Assembly (NCBI GenBank): GCA_013239625.1
Contig: MU053629.1
Coordinates: 2,507,567-2,571,566, forward strand
Direction: 5' to 3'
Source of the DNA: Lama guanicoe
Taxonomy: Eukaryota
Length of the DNA: 64,000 nucleotides
The translations under genes were made by a program, and so were the position numbers. Positions 1 through 12,992 of this stretch are shown here, piece by piece; within the stretch, counting starts at the first letter, position 1, and the number at the start of each line of letters is the position of its first letter. The notes beneath the pieces were generated by a model. That model saw nothing but the letters and a program-made list of their open reading frames with translations, was not told the DNA's origin and searched no databases.

Positions 1-80
1 CTCCATGAAGCACGGTATGGATGATAGGGGCTGGACCACGCCACCTCGGGAGGCAACTGGGATGGACATTCAATATGCCA
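1..80 (-). CDS. MTFMT: Mitochondrial methionyl-tRNA formyltransferase, exon 3 (truncated by window edge)
   Basis: Minus strand reads cctaactcag|T GGC ATA TTG AAT GTC CAT CCC..., i.e. (Y)GILNVHPSCLPRWRGPAPIIHTVLHG, the formyltransferase NxHPSxLPxxRG motif. Phase matches exon 2. Confidence 0.96.
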
Positions 81-699
81 CTGAGTTAGGAAAGGCAGAA
101 ATTAGCATGCCAGTGAGCTTTTTACTATTTAGTTTACTGCTACCTAAACCAATAAGCTTCTTTTCATCACTAAACTTGCCCAGAAATTTTGAAAACCAAT
201 TAAATCTGGTCTTACACCATCTGAAATGGGAGCCATAGCTAAGTTCACTCTCTTACCATAAAAGACCAATGAAACTCAAAAACAGAGCAAGAACAACTAT
301 TCATTGTTCCAGAGATGTTCCCCAACAGCTCATGATGTCTGGGAGTTTTTAAATAAAAACAAAAAATGTGTTTTTTACTATATGAGAAGAACCACTTAAG
401 CCCAATCATGCATTTCATGGCTGATGTGAACTATACTTATAGTTTAGTTACATAATTACCCTCACTTCACTTAGTTTGCATATAAATTCTTCAAACAAGT
501 TTATTAGATCCCCATCAAATGATTTTTTCACCTTTGCTGTTTATCCCAATATACCTTTAACCCATTAATGAGCAATTTAAATAATTTACTGATCTACTGA
601 TTAGTTAACTAATTTACTAATCAGTTAATGATGTCTCCATCAGCATGAGCATGCACTGGAGAGTCCTGTATTCTAAATTCCGCTGTTCAGCCCAGTCTT

Positions 700-1350
700 G
701 TTCATCCAACAAATATTTACTGAGCACAGTCCATGTTCTGGCACTGTTTTAAGTGCTGGGGATACAAGAACAGTGAACCAAATAGAAAAACAAAAAAATC
801 TGCCCTCATATGCCAATGTAAGGACTTAACTTTTATTCTGAGTGAGATGGAAAACCACCAGAGAATTCTGAGCAGAGGACATGATCCAACTTACGCTTTA
901 AAAGGCTCACTTCGGTGTGGGGTGGTAAAAGACAGAGAGGGCCAAAGACAGAAGTGGAGACCACCCAGAGGCTACTGCTGCACGACAGCCAAGAGTGGGG
1001 GCAGCGGAAGTGATGAGAGATAGTCATTCTAGACAGATTTCAAAGACAGAGCCAGTAAGATTTCCTGATGGACTGCAGGTGTGGTGTGAGATTAGGAATT
1101 GGGAACAATGCCAAGGCTTTGGGTTCAAGCAACTAGAAGGCTGGAGTTGCCATGTACTGAGATGAAGATTCTGGGAGCAGCAGGTTTTGAGTGAAAGTTT
1201 AGGAATGTAGTTTTGGACATCTTAAATGTAAGGTGCCTATCAGAGCTGCGGAGGGTGGTGGGTACAAGGGACACCCAGTCCAGGGAGAGATCTGAACAGG
1301 AGGGACAAATATGGCAGTTGTAGCCCGTACGTGGAATTAGATGAGGGTGG
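700..1350 (+). mobile_element. Ancient LINE-2 fragment(s) in MTFMT intron 2
   Basis: Typical L2 text: 'ttcatccaacaaatatttactgagcac...tgctggggataca' and 'ggagttgccatgtactgagatg'. Boundaries approximate; strand refers to the text as read. Confidence 0.7.
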
Positions 1351-1530
1351 TGAGATAGTGATAAAGAGCATTGTACATTTTAACAATTCATGCCACTAAT
1401 AAATTTTTTCATGTTAAGAGAAAATACTAAAGGAAGCAGAATTAGAGTTCAAGTTACTGCACTTCAGATACCAGGTCCATACCTAAAAACCGAGGTCTCT
1501 ACACTGTACTTCCTTACAAATTAAACTTAC

Positions 1531-1740
1531 TAGGGAAATTTAAGAATAAGCGCCTCACTCAGAAGTCGGCCAAAAGAAGCTACCACTCCAACATCATATT
1601 CTCCAGATCCCACATCTGGCCACTCATACACTGGAAGCTGAGACTGGACGGCATATTGCTTCACCGGCAATCCTTTTGGTGATGGGGAGGGCACTGTGAC
1701 CACCTCCAACTTTTCAATTAACTCCTCCTCTTTGTTTTCC
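1531..1740 (-). CDS. MTFMT: MTFMT exon 2 (210 nt)
   Basis: Acceptor tttccaatttag, donor CCCTA|gtaagt. Translates [69 protein letters not shown](Y). Confidence 0.97.
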
Positions 1741-3349
1741 CTAAATTGGAAAGATGAGAAGAAAACATGACAGTGCTAAGACAATAACAATAAAGGTACA
1801 CTACTTCACACACTTCTAAGGTATTTTTATGATTAAACTCATGAAGCATTTAGGAGTAAATGGTTAAAACTCGTGCAAATGAGAGACTAAGATTTTATTT
1901 ATTTATTTTTTAATTTCTCTTTTTTATTGAAGTACAGTCGAGTTACAAGGTTTTGTTTTATATTTAATTTCAATTGCTTTAAATTTAAAGAGCCGCATGT
2001 TCCTACTGGCTACTGTTTGGGTAGCATGGTTCTAGAAATTTCCTTTGCATACCAAAACATATATAGTACAGGCATTTTACACAATTGGGATATTACATAT
2101 ACTGTTCTGCATTTTGATTTTTTCTCTTAACACTATTTATGCTATTATGTGAGTCAAAAATGAGTTAAAGATACATTTGCTTGTATATGCACTGAGCATT
2201 TCTAGAATAAGAAACTGAAAACAGTGCTTGTCTTTGAAGAGAGGAACTGGGAACTGGGAGACAGAGGTGGATGGAACTGACTTTTCACTGTATATCCTCT
2301 GAAGCTTTTGAATTTTGTACCAAAACCATGTGTTACTCAAACAGTAAACACTTTAGAAAAACAAATAAAAATATATACCATGGCATTATTCCATGAAAGT
2401 ACATGAAACACTACCTCATTTTTATTAACCTGCTGCAGTTACCCAGCGCCTGAGGGCTGTTCATTTATTTATTTAGCAGGGACTGCATCACCTGTTGAGG
2501 AATTATGAGAAAAGGAGCAGACAGGAGGGCTCAAAAGAGAAAGTGCAGGAGTACAGGGGCCACCGTCGGAAGCATCAGCAGAAGGGCCAGGATACATGCA
2601 GTGAGAGATGCAGGAGGCAAGAAGGGGAAAGTGCATTATGGAGGGTGTGCAAAGGGAACGTGTATGAAAGGAGTGTTTCAGGGTGTGTTACAGAGGGGAG
2701 AGGGTCGAGGGGGGAATACAAGAGGATTCATGAAGGAGTCAACCTGAGGGTCTGTCTGTAGACTACACGCAGGGAAGACTTGATGGAGGGAGATGACAGA
2801 ACTGAGCACAAGGGAGCATCAGGAAAAAACGGATTGAGGAAATAAAAAATGGAGGCTGGGGGAAAGAAGGCAGAGCAGTATATACTGGTATAGACACCCC
2901 ATACCATGGACTTTCAAGATGGGCTGCCTTTCAAATAATTTTTTTTCCAGGACCCACGACTTGTTAAATTTTAGAAATACTACAAATATCCCTAAGAGTT
3001 CTGATTCATAAATGTATCCATTGGAAAACAGTTCGTTTTTGAACTATGTCTCCATTCATTCCCAGAAAACTGGATTCGGTTGTATATAGGGAGGAGATGG
3101 GGAGTGAAGGAGTGAGACACGGGTGTGCAAGGGATGCATGCGCCTGGTAAGAAGCCCAGAGGATTAGAGGGTGCAAATTAGGTGAGTACGAAGAAGTCGA
3201 AACGGAAGGGCTCTGAAGTCAGACTCCGTGCCCCAACCTGCTCAGCTGATGACCTTGGGCAATTGTTTAACCCTCCTGGATATCGTTTCCTTACACGTAA
3301 AAAGGGCAGGGAGGCGGTGGGATTGGACGGAGGTGATACACGTAAAGCT

Positions 3350-4050
3350 GACAGTGCGGGCTTGGCACCGCGGGGCGCCCGGTAGCGCCTGGAGCGCGGA
3401 CAGACTGCGCCCGGAGTGGGGCGCGTGGGCCGGACGGAACCAGGCGGGCGCCCCAAGGGCTGACCCAGCGCGCGGGTGGCGCACCTTCCGGGCTCCCGGA
3501 GACGCCGAGACCTGGGCCCACACTCCTCCCGCGCCACTGCTTTCCCCAGCGAGGAGTCCAGTCCCTCGAGGCCGGCCGCAGAGGCTCGACAGGCCTCAGC
3601 ACCTGGGCCTCCCAACCCCCGGCCCCGGTACCTGGCGGCGTGCAGCGCCCGCAGCGTTTCGCGGGCGAACCGGTCAGTGCCGAAGAAAAGGACCCGCCAA
3701 GGCGGCTTCTCGCGGACTCGAGCTCCCCGGCCGCCCTCCCCGCCAGAGGACCCGCTCAGCCCGGCCAGCGCTCGCCACCGCGGGGTCGGCCTCCGGCCCG
3801 CGCCGCCACCGACTGGCAGGGGCCCCCAGCAGCAGCGAACCAGCACCCTCATCGCCTCCGCGGGCGGCCCACCTGCGCAGGCGCGGCGGGTGCGGGTGAG
3901 GGCGCTAGGCCGGAGGGGCGGGGCCCGGACGGAAACCCGATGGGCCAGGTCTTTCAGCGACTGGGGCGGGGCCTGTCTGATTGGAGGCGTGGCCCGCCTG
4001 GGTTGGAGCTGATGAAGGAATTTACCGCGGGTTCAAGCGTCTCCGTGACT
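3350..4050 (-). promoter_or_regulatory. MTFMT CpG-island promoter with NRF1-like, GC-box, ETS and CCAAT motifs
   Basis: High CpG density. TGCGCAGGCGC at 3874-3884, GGGGCGGGG near 3916 and 3963, CGGAA near 3930, ATTGG near 3980. Confidence 0.85.
3632..3852 (-). CDS. MTFMT: MTFMT exon 1 coding part (mitochondrial presequence plus start of the formyltransferase domain)
   Basis: ATG at 3852 gives [10 protein letters not shown]...[28 protein letters not shown]. Donor GCCAG|gtacc at 3631. 221 nt, phase 2, matching exon 2. Confidence 0.97.
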
Positions 4051-4139
4051 TTTGTTGCATTTGTTTGCACGATTTAGCCAATCTCCCTAAATACCTCTTT
4101 TGGGGGAAAATCATATGTTTTCAGACGACGAAATCTTAC

Positions 4140-4186
<47 letters not shown>

Positions 4187-4189
4187 TTT
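4140..4189. repeat. (ATTT)n microsatellite
   Basis: About 12 consecutive ATTT units. Confidence 0.97.
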
Positions 4190-5458
4190 CTGTGTTATTT
4201 TCTCAGCCATTATAACTCATATTTACTGGATGCCACACTAAGCATTTTGTCTCCCTTATTAATCTGCCTATCAACCATACCAGGTAGATATTATTACAAC
4301 CATTCTACTGAAGAGAATCTGAGGCCCCGTGAAGTTTGGGTAGTTACCTATCTAAGGTCCTCACAGCTAGCCCATGTTGCTCCAAAGCCTGTGAATCTAT
4401 TTGGCCTTTGCAGAAATCCTGTGTATTATAGAAGTCAATATCCCCAATTTGCGCCTGGGGCAACTGAGGCTTAACTCTTGCTTGTAGTGGCTCTGGTGAA
4501 TCAAAGACCCGCTCTGCCTCTCCCTGGGGGTTCCCTCCCACATAAAGGGTTAACATAGAAGAGATTCTTAAGAAAAATGGGCAGTGAAAGCTGTCCTCAG
4601 AAGACCTCTAAAGACCTTTAGTGCTTAGGTTCTGTATTCCTGAGGCCCGTGCAGTGGCCTTCTCCTTGAGTATGGTCACACATCCTGGTTGTAGAATGGA
4701 CAGCAGATTCCTTTCTAGTCTTACTCTCACCACCTTCCCGTATCACACAGTCTTTGGCTCAGTGACCCTGGACCAGTCCTTTCCCCCAAATTATGAGCTC
4801 TGCACATCCCTGCTTCCATGCCCTTACTTATGCTGCTCTTCCTACACTGTGCTCCCCACCTCTCTTCCTCTGTAAGTGCTATCTGTTCTTAAATGCTAAG
4901 TTTAGAGTCCTCCCTGAAGCCTTGAGCTCTTGCCTGCGTGGATTTAATGTCTTTCTCTATGTGTTCTTTTCATGCTCTGCTTCTCACACAGTTTGGAATT
5001 ACTGAGGGGAGTTGTCTAGTGTGTGCATAGACATTGACAAATTCGCCCGTGTGTTGAATAAAAAAGAGGCAAAGAGGAAGGGAGGCGTATTTCCAGTGAT
5101 TCTGCTCATCTGATCATATATATGAGAAGGGGAGCGAAATGGAATCTCAACTTTCTATTCCTTTAATCAAGTTCTCTTCTAGTATCCTCTCTTAGGGTAA
5201 GTGGAATATGATTCTAATATTTTTAAAATAATCTTTTCTCATACAACATGACTTATAAATACAACCCAAATAGTCGTTTGGGATTTTTCCTTAGAATCTG
5301 GCCGCTCTGTAAAGTGTGACTCTTTATATTTGTGTTTATGTCATTTCTCTCCTTGAGTTAGCCTGCATTGTACTACAATTAATTTTCAGCAGCCCAAATT
5401 CTTCACAGCTGTAGCCCCGCGCCTAGCCCCACCCCACAGAGCTGCCTGGAGTCGCTCA

Positions 5459-5474
5459 CAGCGCCCTCTGCTGA
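5459..5474 (-). promoter_or_regulatory. CTCF-like motif
   Basis: Minus strand TCAGCAGAGGGCGCTG matches the CTCF core consensus. Confidence 0.6.
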
Positions 5475-5841
5475 ACACACAGAGAATGCTCAGTCTGAGA
5501 GGCCAAGGCCAATTTGTTTTCTTTCCTCCGAAGAGTTGCCTCCTACCATTGACATCTAATTTTCTAGTGGATGGTCTTTTGATTTTTAGCAAACTTCTTT
5601 TTAAAAAACTGAACATGTTATTATTGTAATGGCTGAAGTTTTCCCAGGTTGATAAAATGGAAATCTTTGTGAAGCTCTTGGTGGTAAATCGGGAATATTT
5701 GGGGCGGTGGAGGGAGAGGGGGAGTGTCCATTTCCAAGTCCAGACATATCCACAGCTGGAGCTACTATAAAGCACACAGAGAAGATGAAGATGTCAGCCT
5801 CTAAGGGCAAGGAGTTCTAGGTAATAAATAAAGATGTTCAG

Positions 5842-6392
5842 CAGCACTATATACAGTAGTCAAGACATGGAAGCAATCTAAATGTCCATCGACAGATGAC
5901 TGGATAAAGAAGTTGTGGTATTTTTATACAATGGAATACTACTCTGCCACAAAAAGAATAAAATAATGCCAGTTGCAGCAACATCGATGAACATAGAGAT
6001 TTTAACTGATGTAAGCCAAAAAGAGAAAGAAAAATACCATATGATATCACTTTACGTGGTATCTAAAAAAAAAAAAGGACACTATGAACTCATCTACAAA
6101 ACAGAAACAGACGTGCAGATACAGTAAACAATCTTACGGTTACCGGGGAAAGAGGGTGGGAGGGATTAAATTTGGGAGTCTGAGATTTACAAATGTTAGC
6201 CAGTATATATAAAAATAGATTTTTTTAAAAAGTTTCTTTTGTAGAGCCCAGGGAACTATGTTCAGTATCTTGTAATAACCTTTGACAAAAAATATGAAAA
6301 TGAATATATGTATCTATATACATGACTGGAATATTGTGCTGTACACCAGAGACAGGCACATTGTAATTGACTGTACTTTAATTTAAAAAAAA
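5842..6392 (+). mobile_element. 5'-truncated LINE-1 (ORF2 end, 3' UTR, A-tail) with target-site duplication
   Basis: L1 text 'aaatgtccatcgacagatgactggataaagaag...caatggaatactactc', A-run near 6385. Flanks aaagatgttcag (5830-5841) and aaagatattcag (6390-6401). Confidence 0.9.
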
Positions 6393-6817
6393 GATATTCA
6401 GAAAGCACATCCAAGAAGACTGGGCTATAATAGAATTCAGATAATGCTAATTTGGCTGGTGCTCCAGTTTCCAGCAATTTCTCTCCCCTGATGAATGAAT
6501 GGAATATGTGTGCATTTGAATCAACCAAATGACTCCAGGTTCTGAGTCTGCGTGACAAGACAAAAGCAGTGTCATTGACAGACAGGAAGAACTGCTTAGT
6601 GGTGACCATGATGACGTTTCAGCCTTGAATGCTTTGAAACTAAAGTGATAAGTGGAAATGTTTTGTCGAAATCTAGAATGTGGGACTGGCTTCTGTAACT
6701 GGGGGTGAAGGAGTGAGAGAGCAGATTCGGGAGTGGAAAGAAGCAGGAAACATCTCCTCTCTCTGTTCCCCGTCCTCCCACACTAAACATATGTGTGTAT
6801 GATTTCTGAGGAGTGGG

Positions 6818-6843
6818 GAGAGAGAGAGAGAGAGAGAGAGAGA

Positions 6844-6885
<42 letters not shown>
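6818..6885. repeat. Compound (GA)n(GT)n microsatellite
   Basis: Directly visible. Confidence 0.97.
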
Positions 6886-6888
<3 letters not shown>

Positions 6889-7202
6889 TAGCCCGTTGTC
6901 ACTGAGAGTCAAGAGGAGTAGCCAGAGCCCTGGGGGAAGACAGAGCAGGGGCACGAGAGAAAAATCATCAGAGCTCTGGTTGGTAAGGTGGCGGATGCCT
7001 GAGTCCACAAGAATTCCTGCGTGTGGCCTGGGAGGCAATGCCACATGTGACAAGGGGAAGGTTTGCCACGCACAGGTACCCGGCCCGCGTCAGCGACAGG
7101 AACTGAACCGAGGAACGCAACCCAGTGATGCCTTTTGGGATGCAGCACCCCTGTGAGAAGTTCCACTTACTGCCATCTACTGCCTGTGGTTTCAGCAGAA
7201 GT

Positions 7203-7218
7203 CTGCAAGGGGGCGCTG
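7203..7218 (+). promoter_or_regulatory. CTCF-like motif in a small CpG-rich patch
   Basis: CTGCAAGGGGGCGCTG. Confidence 0.6.
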
Positions 7219-8269
7219 CGCACTAATTTCCCGAAACAGCGTGGCGGACAATCACACAGGCTCCAGAGCTTCGGACTCCCACTCGGCTGTCTGCGTTGTT
7301 AGCCCCCTTTGTGGTCTCAATAGATGTCACTTCCTAATCTGTCCAGCTCTCGGTAAAGCAGGGTTGGGTCTGCAAGGCCACGCGCAGGGGAAAGACCGGG
7401 ACATGCTGGCCACCTCTACACCCGCCCTAGCTCTTACAGATGACACACAAATGCAACAAACTCTCCGCCACCAGGAGCCTGGGATGACTTTGCGTCCCGG
7501 GGGAGAGCTTCAGAGGCAGCATGGGCCCACAGGACTGGGTGTCCTTGAGGAGAGAGACTGGCGATGTCACATGACAGCTGAAGGATATCAGAGTCCCAAG
7601 AAGGGAAGCTAGACGTGGTACTACAGGAATGAGAAGCAGCCTAGGGACAGGACAAAGGGATAAGAAAGTTTCCCTTTGCTACTGATCGTGAATATCAAAA
7701 TAGGTAAATATTAAAATAGGCTTAAAGAGATAAAATCAAAAAATTTTAAATTTGTTTCTCAACCCCTTCTTCCCAGGCAAAAGATCTGTGCAGCATTAAC
7801 AAAGGGAAGGAGTATAGTTTCTTTTTAAAAGTACCTTTGCCTACCTCCACAAGGAAACTGACAAGATAGTAAAGCCGCCTACATTTAATGAAGCTTATAA
7901 TTTTACTTGTCTAGAGACTGGTAATCATTTACATAAATTTAGAATACAAGTCTCAGGATCTCTTGGGAAAATAAAGAGAGGAAGAAAGAAAGGTTCAGAA
8001 AAGAACGATGGCATTTTAGTTAATAGAAAGGGCCTGGTTACTAAGATAACATAGGGAATGAAAGATATCCAAGTAGATATTAGGCAAGCTCTAAGAAATC
8101 TTTCTGTATATGACTTTTTAACCAACATATTAAAAGTTGTATCAATACTTGATAAACACATAGAAGAGAATTATATAAAATTGCAACTTTACTTAATACT
8201 TTTGATCAGAGTAAATACTCGAACAACTTAAATATGCTTTGTTAAACACAGTTTAAGAGAAAGCTATTG

Positions 8270-8660
8270 TGTGTATCTGGAAAAGGGCTCATATCCACAG
8301 TATATAAAGAATTCCCAGAGATCAATTTTAAAAAGGTAGATAACACAATGGGAAAAAGAGTTGGACATTCTACAGAAAAAGGATATTCAAAGAACGCATT
8401 AGCATATTAGTCATCAGGGAAATGAAAATCAAAGTCACACTGAGATACAAACACATGACTGTCAGGAAGGCTAAAACCGAGGAGACAGACAATACCAAAT
8501 GTTGGCGCTGATGTAGAACAACAGGAATTCTCACACACTATTGGTGGGAGAGCCATTCTGGAAAATAGTTTGGCAGTACTGACTAAGGCTGAACTTATAA
8601 GCCTATCCTGTGACCTAATAATTCTATTTCTAGTGTACATATATGAACCAAAAGACAAGT
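8270..8660 (+). mobile_element. Old LINE-1 fragment (ORF2 3' region)
   Basis: 'catattagtcatcagggaaatgaaaatcaaagtcacactgagatac...gccattctggaaaatagtttggcagt'. Confidence 0.8.
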
Positions 8661-8725
8661 TCAATTTTTAAAAAGGCTCAGATTTAATCACAATATGTGT
8701 AAAATGCCAATGTAACACTAACTCT

Positions 8726-8903
8726 TTCTTTATTAATGTATTTCTTTTTTTAAAAACATTTTTTATTGATTTATAATCATTTTACAATGTTGTGTCAAAT
8801 TCTAGTGTTCAGCACAATTTTTCATTCATTCATGGACATATACACACTCATTGTCACATTTTTTTTCTCTGTGAGTTATCATAACATTTTGTGTATATTT
8901 CCC
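8726..8903 (-). mobile_element. Short LINE-1 3'-end insertion
   Basis: T-rich tail followed by 'ttttattgatttataatcattttacaatgttgtgtcaaatt...'. Imperfect flanking repeat acact(t)aactctt. Confidence 0.7.
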
Positions 8904-9369
8904 TGACACTTTAACTCTTGTCAGGCTTGGATTTATATTCTGATAAGCCTAATTAATTGAAATTTTCTAAAAAAGTCCTCATACTTCTCTTATAGGTTAT
9001 ATAAATGATCATTCTTTACACCAAGAATATAAAACTATGAAGACATAAGCATAGGGTCTCAATTAAATTTAATTATAATGGTGTGGTATGTAAAATTCAG
9101 GCAGTGTTGCAAATCGTGTGAAAGCACAGAATTGCTCAGCCTGAAATACCTGAGTAAAAGTTAGGATGTGTATTTAATACCAACAGTGATCAATGATTTT
9201 TCATGTCAGTTTAAATAGTAATTCCAAGATCACTAACTTTAAGGGCTTAGACATATTAATTTAAAGTAATTAATAAATGATTTTTGGTTATCTGAAAAGA
9301 ATTTAAGAAGTTAAAAGGAATAGAGACAGAAAGCATACAAGTATGTGAAGACCACAGTCCTTTTTACAG

Positions 9370-9660
9370 CCAGTCACAGAAGACCACAAAGGACCAAATA
9401 AATGTATGATTCCATTTATATGAATGTCCAGAACAGGCAAATCTAGAGAGATACTAAGTAGGGCAGGGGTGGGTGCTGGGAGAATTGAAGGGTGCCTCTA
9501 AGGGGCACAAGGTTTCTTTAAGGGATGGTAAAAACGTTCTGAAATTGGTTGCATTGATGGTTACACAATTCCATGAACTTACGAAGAGCCATTGAACTGA
9601 GCACATTTTAAATGAGTGAATTGTATGGTGTGTCAATTACATCTCAACAAAACTCTTAAA
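9370..9660 (+). mobile_element. Old LINE-1 3' UTR fragment
   Basis: 'tgtatgattccatttatatgaatgtccagaacaggcaaatct...gtgaattgtatggtgtgtcaattacatctcaac'. Confidence 0.8.
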
Positions 9661-11104
9661 ACATATGTTTTTAATGTACTCTTGTCTGTATGGAATGTAT
9701 GTTTTTCATCATATTCAAATTACAAGAATAAAATCAACATAATAAAAAGTGTCTTAAAATATGTTTATCAGGCTAATTTTATTTTTAAAGAAAAATTTTA
9801 AGTTTTAAATAATGTACTTATCACTATTCAGGCTGCATGTTCAAAATATATATGTATTGAGATATATTAAAATTAATTAAATAAGTGGTATGCTTATGTA
9901 TACTAAAGTACTAAAAATCCAGCTTTATACATCGATCATATATCTGATCATTGATACACAGTCTGTTCTCGATGTGAGGTAGTGAAATAAATGTGTACTT
10001 TTCCACTGATGTGAGAAGGTTTTTGCTGTAACTTCCCAAATGTATACTATTAAAACAGTCTATTAACTAAGTTTCATGACTTTTGGAAATATAAAATCCA
10101 CACATGACTGTAAGCAACAAACAGAACTGTAAAGCATTCCTCGCTTCTAGAGCAGCTGGATTTCCTGTTTGTTGTGTTACCTTCTGTTGCGGTGTTACAA
10201 AGCACTGCAAAACTCCAGTTAATAAAACAGCTCAAGCCATGGCCATTTCTTGTTCTTGGACACCTGGGTTCTTATCTGAAAGTCCTTTTCACTGCTGCTC
10301 TTCTTTGAAACAAAATAGCTAGTAATAAAATAGCTAGCCTGAATCTTATACCCAAACCGTCTTTGCTGTTCCCTAGAGAGCTGCTAGACAGCATCCAAGC
10401 CTCGCTCCTTCACCTTGTACCCTCAGGTGGCATCACAAAGAACAGGGATGCTAGAAATAACTGCATGTGATTGACACACGCCATGGTTTTCAATTACCTT
10501 AATAGCAAGCTTCTCTATTTATTGGGTTCAGAACATGGGGAAAACTGTGGAATCAAAAGGAGAAGGGCAAACTACCCTGTATGTTTCCACAGCTAAAGTG
10601 CCACTGTGGGTATGTTATCATATATCCTGTGTTGGGCAGTAGATATATTTCTGTTCATGTATAAAGACTGTCAATAAATTTGCTTCTAAAAAGATTTCTC
10701 CTAGAATTATAGTAACTCTGTCAGTTGGAGGTGATTGTGGTACTCAGTTTACACTTCATAAGACAGAGTGTCATACCTGGAGATTTGTAAAAATGTTCAT
10801 AGTCTGTAATGTATCCTTCCCTTTGGGAGTGATGGTCTATTAAGTCTTTATGTAAATGTTATGGAAAGGCCCATGGCTTACATCCTTCTCTCCAGTGGGG
10901 AATTCCACCTTCTTCCATTCTGGTCTAGTTGCAATTGTAATAAATAAATCAAAGCAGAGCTGACTAATCTTGTCATCAACAGGTGGTGTTTGCTTTCTCT
11001 TCATATGTGCCTAAATACCCCTGTATATAAGTCAGAGATCACGGCTTCTGAAAGAAATATCAAAGGAAGATCTTACAGTCTTGGTGGTAAGGGCTGTATC
11101 AGAT

Positions 11105-11720
11105 ACTTTTGTTATTTTTGAACAGTTTCATTGAGATAAAATTCATACTATTCAATTCACCCATTGAAAATGTATAAGTTGGTGGCTTTTAGTATATTCA
11201 CAGAGTTGGGTACCAATTTTAGAACATTTTCATTACCTCTCAGATAAATCTCATTTCCTTTAGCCATTACTCCTCCCCAACCCCCACTGCCCTTAGGCAA
11301 CCACTAATCTACTTTCTGTTTCTGTAGATTTGTCTATTCTGGACATGTCATATAAATGGAATCATATAAGATATGTGGACTTTTGTGACTGGCTTCTTTC
11401 ATTATATAGTTTTAAAGGTTCATCTGTACTGTATATATCAGTAATTCATTGCTTTTTTATTGCTGACTAATATTCCATTGCTTATTCATTCATCAGTTGA
11501 TGGAAATTTGGGTTGTTTCTACTTGTTAATTATTATGAATAATACTGCTATAAACATTCATGTGCAAGTTTTTGTGTGGACATGTTTCCAGTTTTCTTGG
11601 ATACAGACCTAGGAGTGGAATTGCTGGGTCAGATGGGAACTTCACCTTCCTCTTTTAGAAGAGCTGCCAAGGTGTTTTCCAAAGTTGCTGCCCCATTTTA
11701 CATCCCCATCAGCAGCGCAT
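11105..11720 (-). mobile_element. LINE-1 (L1M-type) 3' fragment
   Basis: 'ggcaaccactaatctactttctgtttctgtagatttgtctattctggacat...ctaggagtggaattgctgggtca'. Confidence 0.9.
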
Positions 11721-12992
11721 GCTGGTGTGGAACAATCTTATCTATAGATACTGCAGGGCATTAACTCATGAGTTCTGGCCTTTTCATGTGAGTTGACCTT
11801 GCCTGGCAGACTGTACCAGAGCACTTAAATCTCAGAATTTCTGGAACTCCTTTATCTAGAAGCAGATAAATCTGTGAATGTGGATAGCTGACCCAATATT
11901 TGCCTACAGAGAATCCACCACGTTGGGCTGAATTAAATTAGTGATGGAACTCAGATTGTGTTGTCTTAGAATGTTTTTAGCATTTATTTTTTACTGTTCT
12001 GTATTCTGCTAGGCATATGATTAAAGACCTTTTTATTGCATCTCTAACCCTCAACTTAGCAGTCTTTAAATGTTCAAACTGAAAGGAACTCTCTCTAATA
12101 TGTAAAGGTATTATTACCCTAAATCTCCCTAATTATTATCTTTGTGAATCCTTCCCCTTAGTTGGTATCTTATTTCAGATGAGCCCTCACGATTCATGAG
12201 AGAAATAGTATTGTGCACTTCCGATCATCCAGTTTTCAGAAGCCAGTGGTCAAATGCCTCAGAATGAGCACTCCACATTGTCATAGGACCCAGAATACAG
12301 AAAATGTCCTGTCCATGAGGACAAGACTCTGTAGAAAATCTTAAACAGAAATTTTAACCCAAATAAATACTCAGATGAATTTGATGCCTCCAAAAAGAGT
12401 ATTCATTTTAAAATGAGTAAAGCTAAACAAAATAAAATTTTCCTTTCACAATTTCCTTATCCTAACTACAGTAGTCAACCCGCAAATAGCCAAGTCATAT
12501 TTGTCAATAGATCCCTTGAGTCTCTGTAGATTTTGTTGAAAATCTGACACATAGCTTGACCTTCTCTGCAGCGCTATCTAGAATGGAGGCCAGGAGGGCC
12601 CTTCCTTTCCAGGAAGGTGATTTGCATACATTCAATAAGAATTGGTTCTCCTTCCCACCAAAGTATGATTGGAAAAACCAAATGTATAACCAAGCCCAGC
12701 CAGGAGGGTCATATTGAGAGATGAATTTCTTTTCATGAGGTTTGAACCTTCCCAGAGGTAAGACGCAAGCACTGCATTTTATGTGTGGAAATGATGCTAC
12801 AAATCCCTTCAAGGAAATGGCTTAGAGTCATAACCCTACAGGTCGTAAAGGCTGCTGCTTCTAGGCATTGACATTGACAAACTTCAGGCAGCTGGAGAAG
12901 AGATGTGGAAACTGATGACCAGACCTGGTGAGGTGAGTTAGATGATACTTGGTTTTCATCCTCAGAGCAAACACACTGATAAGTGAACTAAT

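Noticed and set aside
2480..2880. Strongly purine-rich tract with two short ORFs
   Set aside because: Low-complexity intronic sequence; the peptides are compositionally biased with no recognisable domain.
3178..3631. Continuation of the 224-aa ORF past MTFMT exon 1, and the overlapping GC-rich ORFs at 3228-4077
   Set aside because: Read-through into intron 1 beyond the donor at 3631; long ORFs are expected in CpG islands because stops are rare.
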